This document shows positions 19,394-28,661 of a stretch of DNA of 64,000 bases, piece after piece. Source of the stretch: Acidobacteriaceae bacterium (lineage in GTDB: Bacteria > Acidobacteriota > Terriglobia > Terriglobales > Acidobacteriaceae); contig JBMFWD010000013.1 of assembly GCA_049965615.1 (NCBI GenBank), forward strand, positions 2,337 through 66,336. The letters run 5' to 3'. Positions within the stretch are counted from its first letter, which is position 1; each line of letters starts with the position of its first letter. The notes beneath the pieces were generated by a model that worked only from the letters and a program-made list of their open reading frames with translations, searched no databases and had not been told where the DNA came from. A program made the translations under genes and the position numbers.

Positions 19394-20045
19394 GGCGAAT
19401 GGCCGGGTCACTTTCTGGCCGGACGGGGTCCTGCGGGGTCTTGGGTTCTGGGGCGGCGTGGGTGGGCGTTTCGGATTCAGCCTGTGCGGGCGTGTGTGGC
19501 TCGTCGGAGGGCTGGTAAGAAGCGGGGGGCTGCGGCTGGGAAGACTCGGCGGAGATTTCGGGGCCGTGTTCTTCCGGGCTGTGTTCTTCAGCGTTGAGAG
19601 ATTCTTCGAGTTCGTCGGCTTCGTAGTAGTCCTCGGAGTGGCTGTACTCGTCGGGGTAGCGGTCTTCGAGGTGAGTCTGGTACTCGTCGAGGAGGTCTAC
19701 GGGGTCGATGCATTCTTCGCCGGGCAGGGGTGGAACGTAGGGCTGCGGTGGATTGTCGGGATCGGCCACGGCGTTGGTGAGGGTTTCAGCCTGGGTGGTT
19801 TCACTGGGCAGGGCGTGGGGCTGGGCGATGGTTCCTGTTTCGGCCGCTGCTGCTTCGAGCTTCTTGCGGCGGTCTTCTTCTTCGAGGTTGCGAAGTTCCT
19901 CGTCGATCTGCATTTTGAATTCATTACTGGCGCGACGGAACTCCATCATGAGGCGGCCGACCTGGCGACCGATCTCCGGTAGCTTCTTGGGGCCGAAGAG
20001 GATGAGGGCCAGGATGAAGATGAATGTGTAATCGCCGAAGTGCAT
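19386..20045 (-). CDS. tatB: TatB-like (TatA/B/E family) subunit with long acidic Pro-rich tail
   Basis: [31 protein letters not shown]; directly upstream of tatC. Confidence 0.8.
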   Translation of the reverse strand: MHFGDYTFIFILALILFGPKKLPEIGRQVGRLMMEFRRASNEFKMQIDEELRNLEEEDRRKKLEAAAAETGTIAQPHALPSETTQAETLTNAVADPDNPPQPYVPPLPGEECIDPVDLLDEYQTHLEDRYPDEYSHSEDYYEADELEESLNAEEHSPEEHGPEISAESSQPQPPASYQPSDEPHTPAQAESETPTHAAPEPKTPQDPVRPESDPAIRHA

Positions 20046-20224
20046 GAATTTGTATGATACCTGCGCGCGGGGAGGATGCGGAATGTTCGGGTCCAGCCGG
20101 AGCCTTTCGAGGAAAGTACGTTGGAGAGCCGCGGTTGGATTACACTTATTTTAAGGCTGAAATGGAGCCGTGTAGAGCCTGCGACGAATGACAGGGCTGA
20201 CGCATCCATTCCGATAGAAGTGAA

Positions 20225-20345
20225 GGTTGCAACATCCCCGCCGGTTGGGCGCCGAGAGAGGCGCAGTGAGCCGGCTGCAACCATAGGAATTGCTTTCAAC
20301 ATCCCCGTCCTCATGCTGAAGAAAATTCGGCTGGACTGAAGGCGG
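20225..20345 (+). ncRNA. NAD+-I riboswitch (nadA motif), tandem two-domain
   Basis: Domain 1 (20225-20282): GGUUGC-AACAUCCCC-GCCGG...CCGGC-UGCAACC. Domain 2 (20292-20343): GCUUUC-AACAUCCCC-GUCC...GGAC-UGAAGGC. Immediately 5' of nadA; resembles the published acidobacterial nadA motif as recalled. Confidence 0.9.
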
Positions 20346-20351
20346 CTACGC

Positions 20352-21494
20352 GTGAGTGCAGTAGTGGAAACAGAAGTGACGGCAACCCATGGGGTTGCGG
20401 GAGAGACGTGCTCGCTGGACGATTACCTGGCGATGCCGGATCACAGCATGGATGACCGGATTGCGGCGGCGCGCGAGGCGCTGGGCACGACTGCGGTTCT
20501 ACTGGGGCACCATTACCAGCGGGACGAAGTGATTCGGTTTGCGGACTTTACGGGCGACAGCTACAAACTTTCAAAGATTGCGGCGGAGACGCCGGCAAAG
20601 TACATCGTGTTTTGCGGCGTGCATTTTATGGCCGAGAGCGCGGATGTGCTGGGGCGGGACGACCAGCAGGTGATTCTGCCGGATATGAATGCCGGCTGCT
20701 CGATGGCGGATATGGCGGAAATCAGCCAGGTAGAGGCCTGCTGGGAGACGCTCACTCGCGCGGGGCTGGACGAGACGACGGTGATGCCACTGACGTATAT
20801 GAATTCGACGGCGGCTATCAAGGCGTTTTGCGGCGAGCGGGGCGGGCTGGTTTGCACGTCGTCGAATGCGCGAAAGGCGTTTGAGTGGGCGTTTGCGCGT
20901 GCGGAGAAGATTCTGTTTCTGCCGGACCAGCATCTGGGGCGGAATACGGCGTTTGCGATGGGGATCGGGCTGGATGAGATGGTGGTGTTCGATCCGTGGC
21001 AGATTGGCGGCGGCGTGACGGCGGAGAAGCTGCGCGCGACCAAGGTGATTTTGTGGAAGGGGCATTGCTCGGTGCATCAGCGGTTTTTGCCGGAGCACGT
21101 GGATCATGTGCGGGCGAAGTATCCGGGGATTCGGGTGGTGGTGCATCCGGAGTGCCGGTGGGAGGTTTGCCAGAAGGCGGATGCGCTGGGTTCGACGGAG
21201 CGGATTATCGCGGAGGTGGAGCATGCGCCCGAGGGGACGATGTTTGCCATCGGGACGGAGATCCACCTGGTGAACCGGCTGGCGAAGGAGTATGCGGCGA
21301 AGGGCAAGCGCGTGATTACGCTGGACGATACGGGATGCCTTTGCACGACGATGTACCGGATCAGTCCGGGGCATCTGGCTTGGGCGCTGGAGAACCTGGT
21401 GCAGGGGCGGGTGGTGAACCGGATTGAAGTGGATGCGGATGTGAAGCACTGGGCGCGGGTTGCACTGGACCGGATGCTGGAGATTCGGGGTTAG
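20352..21494 (+). CDS. nadA: Quinolinate synthase
   Basis: LGHHYQ, FCGVHFMAES, AGCSMA, YMNSTA, CTSSNA, GHCSVH, CLCTTM (Fe-S Cys). Confidence 0.96.
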   Translation: MSAVVETEVTATHGVAGETCSLDDYLAMPDHSMDDRIAAAREALGTTAVLLGHHYQRDEVIRFADFTGDSYKLSKIAAETPAKYIVFCGVHFMAESADVLGRDDQQVILPDMNAGCSMADMAEISQVEACWETLTRAGLDETTVMPLTYMNSTAAIKAFCGERGGLVCTSSNARKAFEWAFARAEKILFLPDQHLGRNTAFAMGIGLDEMVVFDPWQIGGGVTAEKLRATKVILWKGHCSVHQRFLPEHVDHVRAKYPGIRVVVHPECRWEVCQKADALGSTERIIAEVEHAPEGTMFAIGTEIHLVNRLAKEYAAKGKRVITLDDTGCLCTTMYRISPGHLAWALENLVQGRVVNRIEVDADVKHWARVALDRMLEIRG

Positions 21495-21503
21495 GCTAGA
21501 GGG

Positions 21504-21938
21504 ATGAAGACGTTCACGCTGGAGGAAGCGCAACTGCTGTTGCCGACGATCGAGGGTCTGCTGAAGCGGGCGATGGAAGCCAAGGCCGCTGCGGAGACGC
21601 TGGAGGGAGAGCTGCAGCAACTGGCGCGGCGTATTTTTATGGCCGGTGGCACGATGGTGAACGTGAGTGACGTGCACGCGAAGCGCAAGGCGCTGGCGGG
21701 GCTGGTGCAGCGGGCCAAGGACGCAGTGCAGGAGATGGACGCGATTGGCGTGCAGGTGAAGGATCTGGATGTGGGTCTGCTGGATTTTCCGGCTTATCTG
21801 GATGGTGAGATTGTGCTGCTTTGCTGGAAGCTGGGCGAGGAAAAGATTGAGTACTGGCACGATCTGGAGGCCGGGTTTCGCGGGCGTCAGCCGGTGGATG
21901 GGCGGTTTGGGGCGAAGGATTCCGATAAGGCGAACTAG
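21504..21938 (+). CDS. DUF2203 family protein
   Basis: FTLEEAQLLLP, GVQVKDLDVGLLDFP, LCWKLGE, YWHDLEAGFRGRQP. Confidence 0.88.
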   Translation: MKTFTLEEAQLLLPTIEGLLKRAMEAKAAAETLEGELQQLARRIFMAGGTMVNVSDVHAKRKALAGLVQRAKDAVQEMDAIGVQVKDLDVGLLDFPAYLDGEIVLLCWKLGEEKIEYWHDLEAGFRGRQPVDGRFGAKDSDKAN

Positions 21939-22723
21939 GACGATTGTGACGGCGCTTGCGGCGTGGGTTCGGTCGTCCTGCGTGGTAGAAGGATGCGCAT
22001 GAGGGTGGGGCGGATGACGAGTCCGAGCAGGTCCATGAAGGCGTGGGCGGCGACGGCGGCCCAGATGGTTCCGGTGAGCAGGTAGATGAGGACCATGGCG
22101 AGTCCGATGGTGGTGGAGGCGATGACGCCGGTGGTTCCCTGGTAGATGTGGGCCAGGCCGAAGAGCAGCGCGGCGAGAACGAAGGCGGGGATGGCGTGTC
22201 CGATGAGGATGGCCAGAAGTAAAGGCAAAAGCAGGCGGAAGTAGAGTTCCTCGCTGAAGCCGGCGTTGAGGGACATGACGGCGGCGTGTGCGATTTCTGC
22301 CCAGTTGCGGGGCAGGAGCGGGGCGACGTCGCCCAGGGTGACGATTCTGAGAGGCTCATTTTTGGCTTTGCGGCGGGCCCGGAGGACGCTCAGGAGGGGG
22401 ATGAGGATGAGGGCTGCGGCGAGTCCCGAGAGGAAGCTGATGGTGCCGGATGGGGTTGGGCCGAGAGAGTGGAAGAAGTGGGCGAGGCGCTGAAATTCAG
22501 GCGGGAGAGATTGCAGGGCGGATAGCCGGCCGAGGATGGCAAGGGCGAGGATGCTGGCGCAGCCGAAGCGGAGGAAGCTTTTGAAGGTCCAGATGCGGAA
22601 GCGGCGCTGGCGGGCATTGGTGTCGGTGAGGGCTTTGAATTTCTGGTATTCGGCGCGGTCTTTGCGGAGGTTCCAGGCAAATGGAATGAAGACGAGGATG
22701 AGCAGGATGGCGGCGAGTAGCAT
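21935..22723 (-). CDS. CPBP (CAAX/Abi) intramembrane glutamic protease
   Basis: AGFSEELYFR, FGLAHIYQG, AHAFMD; start set at MLLAAIL. Confidence 0.88.
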   Translation of the reverse strand: MLLAAILLILVFIPFAWNLRKDRAEYQKFKALTDTNARQRRFRIWTFKSFLRFGCASILALAILGRLSALQSLPPEFQRLAHFFHSLGPTPSGTISFLSGLAAALILIPLLSVLRARRKAKNEPLRIVTLGDVAPLLPRNWAEIAHAAVMSLNAGFSEELYFRLLLPLLLAILIGHAIPAFVLAALLFGLAHIYQGTTGVIASTTIGLAMVLIYLLTGTIWAAVAAHAFMDLLGLVIRPTLMRILLPRRTTEPTPQAPSQSS

Positions 22724-22892
22724 GGGCTCTCCGGAATGGGTGAAGGCGTTTGTGGGCACCAGTGTATGCGCTGGATGAGCGCGGCGGGGAAGTGGCGCGT
22801 CCAGATATGCAACAGAACAGCCTGCGGCGTATGCCGCCGTGGTGGGAAGATAGAAGTGCGAGGCGAGGGTTGGCGCGCGCCGGAGGCCGAGG

Positions 22893-24020
22893 ATGAGATT
22901 CGCGGGATGGGTTTTGCTGGCGGGGCTGCTGGTGTTGACCGGTTGCGGGAAGTTTTTTCCGCCGCTGAGCCAGAGTGGCGGTGGATCGGGTGGCGGCAGC
23001 ACGACGGGGAATTACCTGTATGTGGCGAATTCGAATCCGAATTTGAACACGCTGGCTGGGTTTTCGCTGGCGAGTGGCGCGCTGACGAATACGAGCGGGT
23101 CGCCGTATGCCTCTCCGCTGACGCCGACGTGCCTTGCGATGACGCCGAGTGACAGATTCCTGTATGTGGGTTCGACGGCAGGTGCAATTTATGTGTACTC
23201 GATTGGGAGTGATGGATCGCTGGCGCTGGGGAATGGCAAGTCGCCGGTGTTGACGGGGAATTCGCCGATTACGATGGAGATTGATCCTACTGGGCAGTGG
23301 ATGATCTGGATATCGGCGTTTTCCGGGGAGGCGTACGCGATGGGGATCAACGCGACGACGGGAGCGCTCTCGAATGTGAATAATGCGGGCGTGGGGCTGG
23401 CGAGCACGTCTGCGAGCGGGCTGGCGATTACGCCGAATGACCAATATGTGTACGTGGCGCTGGGAACGGGCGGAGTAGAGACGCTGGGCTTCAATGCGTC
23501 GACGGGAGCTCTGGCGGCGGTGAACACGGTGCTGGCTCCGGTGCAGAACCTGGATGCGGACCGTGCGGTGGCGGTGTCTCCGAACGGGCAGTATTTGTTT
23601 GTGACGGAGACGGGGATCAACGCGGTGCGGGTGTTTTCGATTAGGGCGAATGGGACGCTGAGCGAGGTTACGGGGTCGCCGTTCAAGACAGGGCTTGGCC
23701 CGGCGGCGGTACTGGTGGATTCGACGGGGAGCTATGTGTACGTGGCGAACCGTACGGACAATACGATCAGCGCGTTTACGGTGGGGACGACCGGAGGGCT
23801 TACGGCGATTACCGGCTCGCCGTTTTCGACCGGAACGACGCCGGTGGCGCTGGCAGAGGACAGGACGAAGGGCTACGTGGCGGTGGCGAACCAGGGCGGG
23901 AATCCGGATCTGCAGGTGTTCCAGATCAGCACGACGACGCCGGGCGCGCTGGTTTCGACAGCGACGAGCTCGACAGGGACTGCGCCGACGCAGGCGATTG
24001 CGATTGCCGCGACGCAGTGA
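22893..24020 (+). CDS. Beta-propeller lipoprotein (lactonase-like 7-bladed)
   Basis: Lipobox LTGC; repeated FLYV/YVYV blades and GSPFxTG repeats. Confidence 0.8.
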   Translation: MRFAGWVLLAGLLVLTGCGKFFPPLSQSGGGSGGGSTTGNYLYVANSNPNLNTLAGFSLASGALTNTSGSPYASPLTPTCLAMTPSDRFLYVGSTAGAIYVYSIGSDGSLALGNGKSPVLTGNSPITMEIDPTGQWMIWISAFSGEAYAMGINATTGALSNVNNAGVGLASTSASGLAITPNDQYVYVALGTGGVETLGFNASTGALAAVNTVLAPVQNLDADRAVAVSPNGQYLFVTETGINAVRVFSIRANGTLSEVTGSPFKTGLGPAAVLVDSTGSYVYVANRTDNTISAFTVGTTGGLTAITGSPFSTGTTPVALAEDRTKGYVAVANQGGNPDLQVFQISTTTPGALVSTATSSTGTAPTQAIAIAATQ

Positions 24021-24106
24021 CGGGGAGTGCCGAGGGTGGTGCGTGTCGCGGCTGACGGGGCGGGGTGCGGTGCTATGTTGGAAAAAAGGCTGAATTGCTT
24101 TTGCCC

Positions 24107-25234
24107 ATGAAGTTTCTACGCGTGAAGGCGCGGGTGCTGCGCCTTAGTTTTCTGCTGGGAGTGCTGCTGGTGGGACTTTCCGGCTGTCGCCAGCTGGAGC
24201 AGCACGTGGCGCCGCAGTATGTTTATGTTGCGGCGGAGCACACGTTTCTGCGCGACCGGGTGGCTCCGGTGGCGAATTTTGTGACGGAAGTGACGAATGG
24301 CGAGCGTCTGCGGGTGTTGCAGCACCAGACGCGGTTTTACCAGGTGAAGGCTCCGAACGGTAAGGTTGGCTGGATTGAGGAGCTTTACGTGGTGGACCAG
24401 GCGGAGATGGACAAGTTTGCCGCGCTGCAGAAGGAGTATGCGCAGACGCCTGCGGTGGCGAAGGCGGTGCTGGAGGAGACTTCGTACCTGCATGACGGGC
24501 CAAGCGTGGAAGATCCGCACTATTACCTGCTGAAAGCCAAGGACAAGCTGGATATGCTGATGCGGGCCTCTGTGCCGAGGCGGGAGTCGACGCTGGCGAT
24601 GCTCGAGCGGAAGCAGGCGGAAAAGGAGGGCAAGACGCCGCCTCCGATTCCGATGGAGGATTACTGGCTGGTGCGGGATGCGAAGGGGCGAACGGGCTGG
24701 GTGCGGGGGAGTGCGCTGGTGCCGGATGTTCCCGATTCAGTGCTGGTGCTGGCGCCTTCAGAGCGGATGATTGGGGCGTATTTGTTCCGGAAGGTGATGG
24801 ACCCGGAGTCGGATGCGCCGGACCACATGATGGGAGAGTATGTGGCGGTGTTTGCGCCTTACGAGGCTGGGCTGCCCTACGACTTTGACGAGATTCGGGT
24901 TTTTACCTACGACGTGCCGCGGCACCAGTATGAGACGGCGTACAGCGTTCATCATATCGAGGGATTTTTCCCGGTGAAGGTGGGGCACGAGAAGTTTGGG
25001 CAGGAGACGGACCCGGTATTTTCTTTTGAGATTTCGAAAAATCCGAATATCGCATTGAATCCGGCGACGGGAAGGGTGGAGCCCGGTCCTCTGGTGACGG
25101 TGAAGTACCGGATGGAGGGCGTGATTGCGCGCCAGATTGAGGGTCCGGAGGTTTTATCGGCGCGGCCGGTGGTGAAGGATCGAGGCCGTTCGAGGCATTT
25201 TCGGGGTCGAAGGAAATTACGGCATAAACATTAA
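24107..25234 (+). CDS. SH3b-domain lipoprotein
   Basis: Lipobox LSGC; two SH3-like segments (YQVKAPNGKVGWI, WLVRDAKGRTGWV); start uncertain. Confidence 0.72.
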   Translation: MKFLRVKARVLRLSFLLGVLLVGLSGCRQLEQHVAPQYVYVAAEHTFLRDRVAPVANFVTEVTNGERLRVLQHQTRFYQVKAPNGKVGWIEELYVVDQAEMDKFAALQKEYAQTPAVAKAVLEETSYLHDGPSVEDPHYYLLKAKDKLDMLMRASVPRRESTLAMLERKQAEKEGKTPPPIPMEDYWLVRDAKGRTGWVRGSALVPDVPDSVLVLAPSERMIGAYLFRKVMDPESDAPDHMMGEYVAVFAPYEAGLPYDFDEIRVFTYDVPRHQYETAYSVHHIEGFFPVKVGHEKFGQETDPVFSFEISKNPNIALNPATGRVEPGPLVTVKYRMEGVIARQIEGPEVLSARPVVKDRGRSRHFRGRRKLRHKH

Positions 25235-25318
25235 GTGCCGTTCCGGGAGTGCATGCATCCAAGAGGATGAAGTAAGCTGTCTAACACCGAAGTATTGGTC
25301 ACCGAAGTTTCGGGAAGG

Positions 25319-25425
25319 CCTCATCTTTTCATTGCCGGATGAGGGGAGTTTCTCGACAGGTGGCTAGCGATGAGTGGATGCGAACTACAAAGTTTCGACT
25401 TTTTGCATCCGGGGCAATGAAATGA
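25319..25425 (+). promoter_or_regulatory. Structured hfq 5' leader (hairpin with loop pseudoknot plus second hairpin)
   Basis: CCTCATC/GATGAGG stem; its loop TTTCATTGCC is the exact complement of GGCAATGAAA (25413-25422); GGATGCGAA/TTTGCATCC hairpin lies between. Confidence 0.5.
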
Positions 25426-25460
25426 CAGACCAGCACATTTAGCACAGGAGATCGGCAACT

Positions 25461-25784
25461 ATGGATAACAAGCCGGCGCAGAACATTCAGGACACCTTCC
25501 TGAACACGGTTCGCAAAGATAAGACTCCCATCACGATTTACCTTGTGAGCGGGGTAAAACTTACAGGAAAAATCCGTTCATTTGATAAGTATTCGGTTCT
25601 ATTGGAGAACAACAGCCAGGAACAGCTGATTTTCAAGCACGCCATATCCACGGTGGTGAGCAGCCGTTCCGTACTGCACGGCGACCATAGGCCGGTGCAG
25701 TCTCATGCAGCAGGTAGCAGCCAAGCGCCTGCGGCGCCGGCAGCCGCGGGCAGCACTCCGGCTACGACAACCGGAGGAGCCTGA
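25461..25784 (+). CDS. hfq: RNA chaperone Hfq
   Basis: [35 protein letters not shown]; AGGAG RBS. Confidence 0.97.
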   Translation: MDNKPAQNIQDTFLNTVRKDKTPITIYLVSGVKLTGKIRSFDKYSVLLENNSQEQLIFKHAISTVVSSRSVLHGDHRPVQSHAAGSSQAPAAPAAAGSTPATTTGGA

Positions 25785-25841
25785 ACTGGAGCCGGTCGGA
25801 AAGTTTGCGACCAAGGACAGTGAAGCGGTTCCGGGTGGCGG

Positions 25842-27221
25842 ATGGAGGCGGACGTGAGAGCGACCGTAAATCCGTCAGTCACCCGGGAACGCGCCCTGCT
25901 CGTCTCTGTGGATTTTGGGCAGCGCAAGGCGCCTGTTCTGGCGGCGGCCAGGCAGGCCCGCAGCGCTGCGACCGTGGGACGGGCTGCAGTCGACGTTGAG
26001 GTGGTGGCCGGCGGGAGCGACGAAGAGTTTCTGAGCGGGGTGGAAGAGTTTCGCGAACTGGTGGTGAGCGCCGGTGCGGAGATTGCCGGGGAACTGACGC
26101 AGCGGCGTGCGAAGGCGGACGCGGCGACCCTGATTGGCAGCGGCAAGGTGCAGGAGGTGGCGGCTGTCGCGGCATCAAGCCGGGCGGACGTGGTGGTGTT
26201 TGGGCAAAATTTGACGCCCACCCAATTAAGAAATCTTGAAAGGGCGCTTCCGGGGCGGGTGATTGACCGGACGCAACTGATTCTGGACATATTTGCGCGG
26301 CATGCGCGGACGCGCGAGGGCATGTTGCAGGTGGAGCTGGCGCAGCTGGAGTACATGCTGCCTCGGCTGACGGGTCGCGGGCGGGAGATGTCTCGCCTGG
26401 GCGGCGGCATTGGGACGCGCGGACCGGGCGAGACGCAACTGGAGACGGATCGGCGGCGGATTCAGCGGCGGATTTCGCAACTGAAGGCCGAGATTGAGAG
26501 CGTTCGGCGGATTCGCGGGCAGCAGAGGCAGCGGCGGGAGGCGGTTCCTGTACCGACTGTTGCGCTGGTGGGGTATACGAACGCGGGTAAGAGCACGCTT
26601 TTCAACGCGCTGACGGGGGCTGGGGTTCTGGAGTCTGCGCGGATGTTTGCGACGCTGGACCCAAAGCTGCGAGCGATTACGCTGCCGAGCCGGAGAAAGA
26701 TTCTGTTGTCGGACACGGTGGGATTTATCCGGGATTTGCCGCCGACGCTGATCAGTTCGTTTCGAGCGACGCTGGAGGAAGTGCAGAAGGCCGAGGTGCT
26801 GCTGCATGTGCAGGATTGCTCGAGCCTGATGCGCGAGGAGCACCGGGATGAGGTGAAGCGGGTGCTGGACGAGCTGGGCGTGCGGGAGAAGCCGCAGATC
26901 GAAGTGGTGAACAAGGTGGATTTGCTGACGGAGGACGAGCGGGCGGGGCTGCGGGAGGGCGTGGGGCGTCCGCTGGCGATTTCGGCTAAGACAGGCGATG
27001 GGCTGGCGGAGCTGCTGGAGCGGATCGACGAAGCGCTGCAGGCCGATCCGATGGTGGAGGCTCGGTTGCGGATTTCTCAGTCGGAGGGAGAAGTGATTGC
27101 GGCGCTGGAGGCGGGGGCGGTGATTCGTGGGCGGAAGTATGAGGGAAACCTGGTGTGGATGGAGGTTTCTGCGCCGGAGTCGCTGGTGGGACGATTCAGA
27201 AGATTTGTGGAAAAACAATAG
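25842..27221 (+). CDS. hflX: GTPase HflX
   Basis: [47 protein letters not shown]. Confidence 0.97.
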   Translation: MEADVRATVNPSVTRERALLVSVDFGQRKAPVLAAARQARSAATVGRAAVDVEVVAGGSDEEFLSGVEEFRELVVSAGAEIAGELTQRRAKADAATLIGSGKVQEVAAVAASSRADVVVFGQNLTPTQLRNLERALPGRVIDRTQLILDIFARHARTREGMLQVELAQLEYMLPRLTGRGREMSRLGGGIGTRGPGETQLETDRRRIQRRISQLKAEIESVRRIRGQQRQRREAVPVPTVALVGYTNAGKSTLFNALTGAGVLESARMFATLDPKLRAITLPSRRKILLSDTVGFIRDLPPTLISSFRATLEEVQKAEVLLHVQDCSSLMREEHRDEVKRVLDELGVREKPQIEVVNKVDLLTEDERAGLREGVGRPLAISAKTGDGLAELLERIDEALQADPMVEARLRISQSEGEVIAALEAGAVIRGRKYEGNLVWMEVSAPESLVGRFRRFVEKQ

Positions 27222-27235
27222 CGGCCCGGAGAAAA

Positions 27236-27447
27236 GAGCGTGGTGGGAAACTCAGTTCTCCGAGCCGCTGGACCCTGAAGCGGGTCATAGGCGATACTTA
27301 GAGTGTACGCCGCTTGGAACCAGCGTCAAGCGGGCGGAATGACTCCGTTCGCTGAGGGTACGGGTGCGTATTGACACCGCTTGGACGGCTTTGTTAGAAA
27401 CAGAGGTCCAGGCTGCCTTATCTACTTAGTTCCCAACATCATACGTC
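27236..27447. ncRNA. Candidate rod-shaped structured RNA (possibly 6S RNA; strand unresolved)
   Basis: Nested long-range helices found by eye (see findings); no covariance search run. Confidence 0.4.
27371..27400 (+). promoter_or_regulatory. Candidate sigma70 promoter for the atp operon
   Basis: TTGACA (27371-27376), 18-nt spacer, TGt-TAGAAA (27392-27400). Confidence 0.4.
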
Positions 27448-27456
27448 GAAGAAACC

Positions 27457-27915
27457 ATGCAAGAAATTTTCAGCGATCTCGGTCAACTTGTGCTCGGCTC
27501 AGTGCCGACCATGATTCTGTTTTTGATTCTGGTGACGGCCTATCATTTTATTCTTTTCCGGCCGTTGAGGCGGGCTCGTGCGGAGCGTTATGACCGGACG
27601 CAGGGAGCAGTAGAGCGGGCGCATGCGGCAGTGGCGGCCGCGGATGTGAAGTCTCAGGAGTATGAGGCCAAGCTGCGGGCGGCGCGCGCAGAAATCATGC
27701 ATGCGCGGGAACTGCGGATGCAGCAATGGACCGCGGAGCGGGATACGGCGCTGTCGAGTGCCCGTTTGCTATCGCACGAGCATGCCGAAGCAGCCAAGCG
27801 TGAAATTGCCCAGCAGGCCGAGGCGGCCAAGCTGCAACTGCATGCGGAGATTGACCAGCTTGCCGCAATGGTGCAGGAAGCTATTTTGCCGGTGGCCGCG
27901 GGGAGCGCGCAGTGA
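27457..27915 (+). CDS. atpF: F0F1 ATP synthase subunit b'
   Basis: Single N-terminal TM (ILFRPL..ERY.RT.G), then Ala/Glu-rich coiled coil; first gene of atp cluster. Confidence 0.85.
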   Translation: MQEIFSDLGQLVLGSVPTMILFLILVTAYHFILFRPLRRARAERYDRTQGAVERAHAAVAAADVKSQEYEAKLRAARAEIMHARELRMQQWTAERDTALSSARLLSHEHAEAAKREIAQQAEAAKLQLHAEIDQLAAMVQEAILPVAAGSAQ

Positions 27916-28661
27916 AGCAGATTTTGAGGGTTGGATGTTTAGCGCTTGCGCTTTGTTTTGCAACCGGTGGAATTACGCTGCCGGCAAGCGCGCAGGCTGC
28001 GAATGGTACGGTTGTCGCGAAATCGGTTGTGAATCCGCAGAGCAGCCCGACTGAGGTGAAGCAGCCAAGCGGGCCTCCGGAGCAGATGGATTCTCCGGAG
28101 ACGGAAGAGCAGCACAATGCCTATCTGTATTCGCCCTCCACGCAATGGGTTGCGAAGGAGATTGGCCTGTCGGTCGAGACGACTGCAACGATCTTTGAGT
28201 GGCTGAACTCGGGGATCATGCTGTTTGTGATTTTCTACTTTCTGTTCAAGTTTTTGCCGGGGATTTTTCAGCGGCGCAGAGAGCGGTTGGCGAAGGACCT
28301 GGTAGAAGCCAAGCGACTGAGTGACGACGCGACCGTGAGGCTGGCAGCGATCGAAGAGCGATTGTCGCATCTGGACGATGAGATTGAGGCTTTCAGGAAA
28401 CGGTCAGAGCATGAGGCTGCGGAGGAAGAGCGGCGCATGCACGAATTGCTGGAGGCCGAACGGAAACGGATTATTCACTCGGCCGAGCAGGAGATTGAAG
28501 CCGCCAGCGCTGTGGCACAGCGTAATTTGCGCAGCTATGCGGCGGATCTGGCAGTGGGCCAGGTGAGGTCAAATCTGAAGATCGACGTGGATCGGGACAA
28601 GGCGCTGATTGCGGAATTTGAAAAGTCCCTGGGCGGGAACGGCAATGGAGGGCGAGGCTGA
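27912..28661 (+). CDS. atpF: F0F1 ATP synthase subunit b with N-terminal extension
   Basis: TM (FEWLNSGIMLFVIFYFLFK), then RRERLAKDLVEA coiled coil; GTGA overlap. Confidence 0.85.
   Translation: MKQILRVGCLALALCFATGGITLPASAQAANGTVVAKSVVNPQSSPTEVKQPSGPPEQMDSPETEEQHNAYLYSPSTQWVAKEIGLSVETTATIFEWLNSGIMLFVIFYFLFKFLPGIFQRRRERLAKDLVEAKRLSDDATVRLAAIEERLSHLDDEIEAFRKRSEHEAAEEERRMHELLEAERKRIIHSAEQEIEAASAVAQRNLRSYAADLAVGQVRSNLKIDVDRDKALIAEFEKSLGGNGNGGRG

Noticed and set aside
20164-20208. Hairpin AGCCTG/CAGGGCT upstream of the riboswitch as a third aptamer
   Set aside because: It lacks the AACAUCCCC core present in both real domains
19946-20339. ORFs 19946-20314 (-) and 20076-20339 (+)
   Set aside because: They overlap the tatB start and the NAD+-I riboswitch; no recognisable protein features
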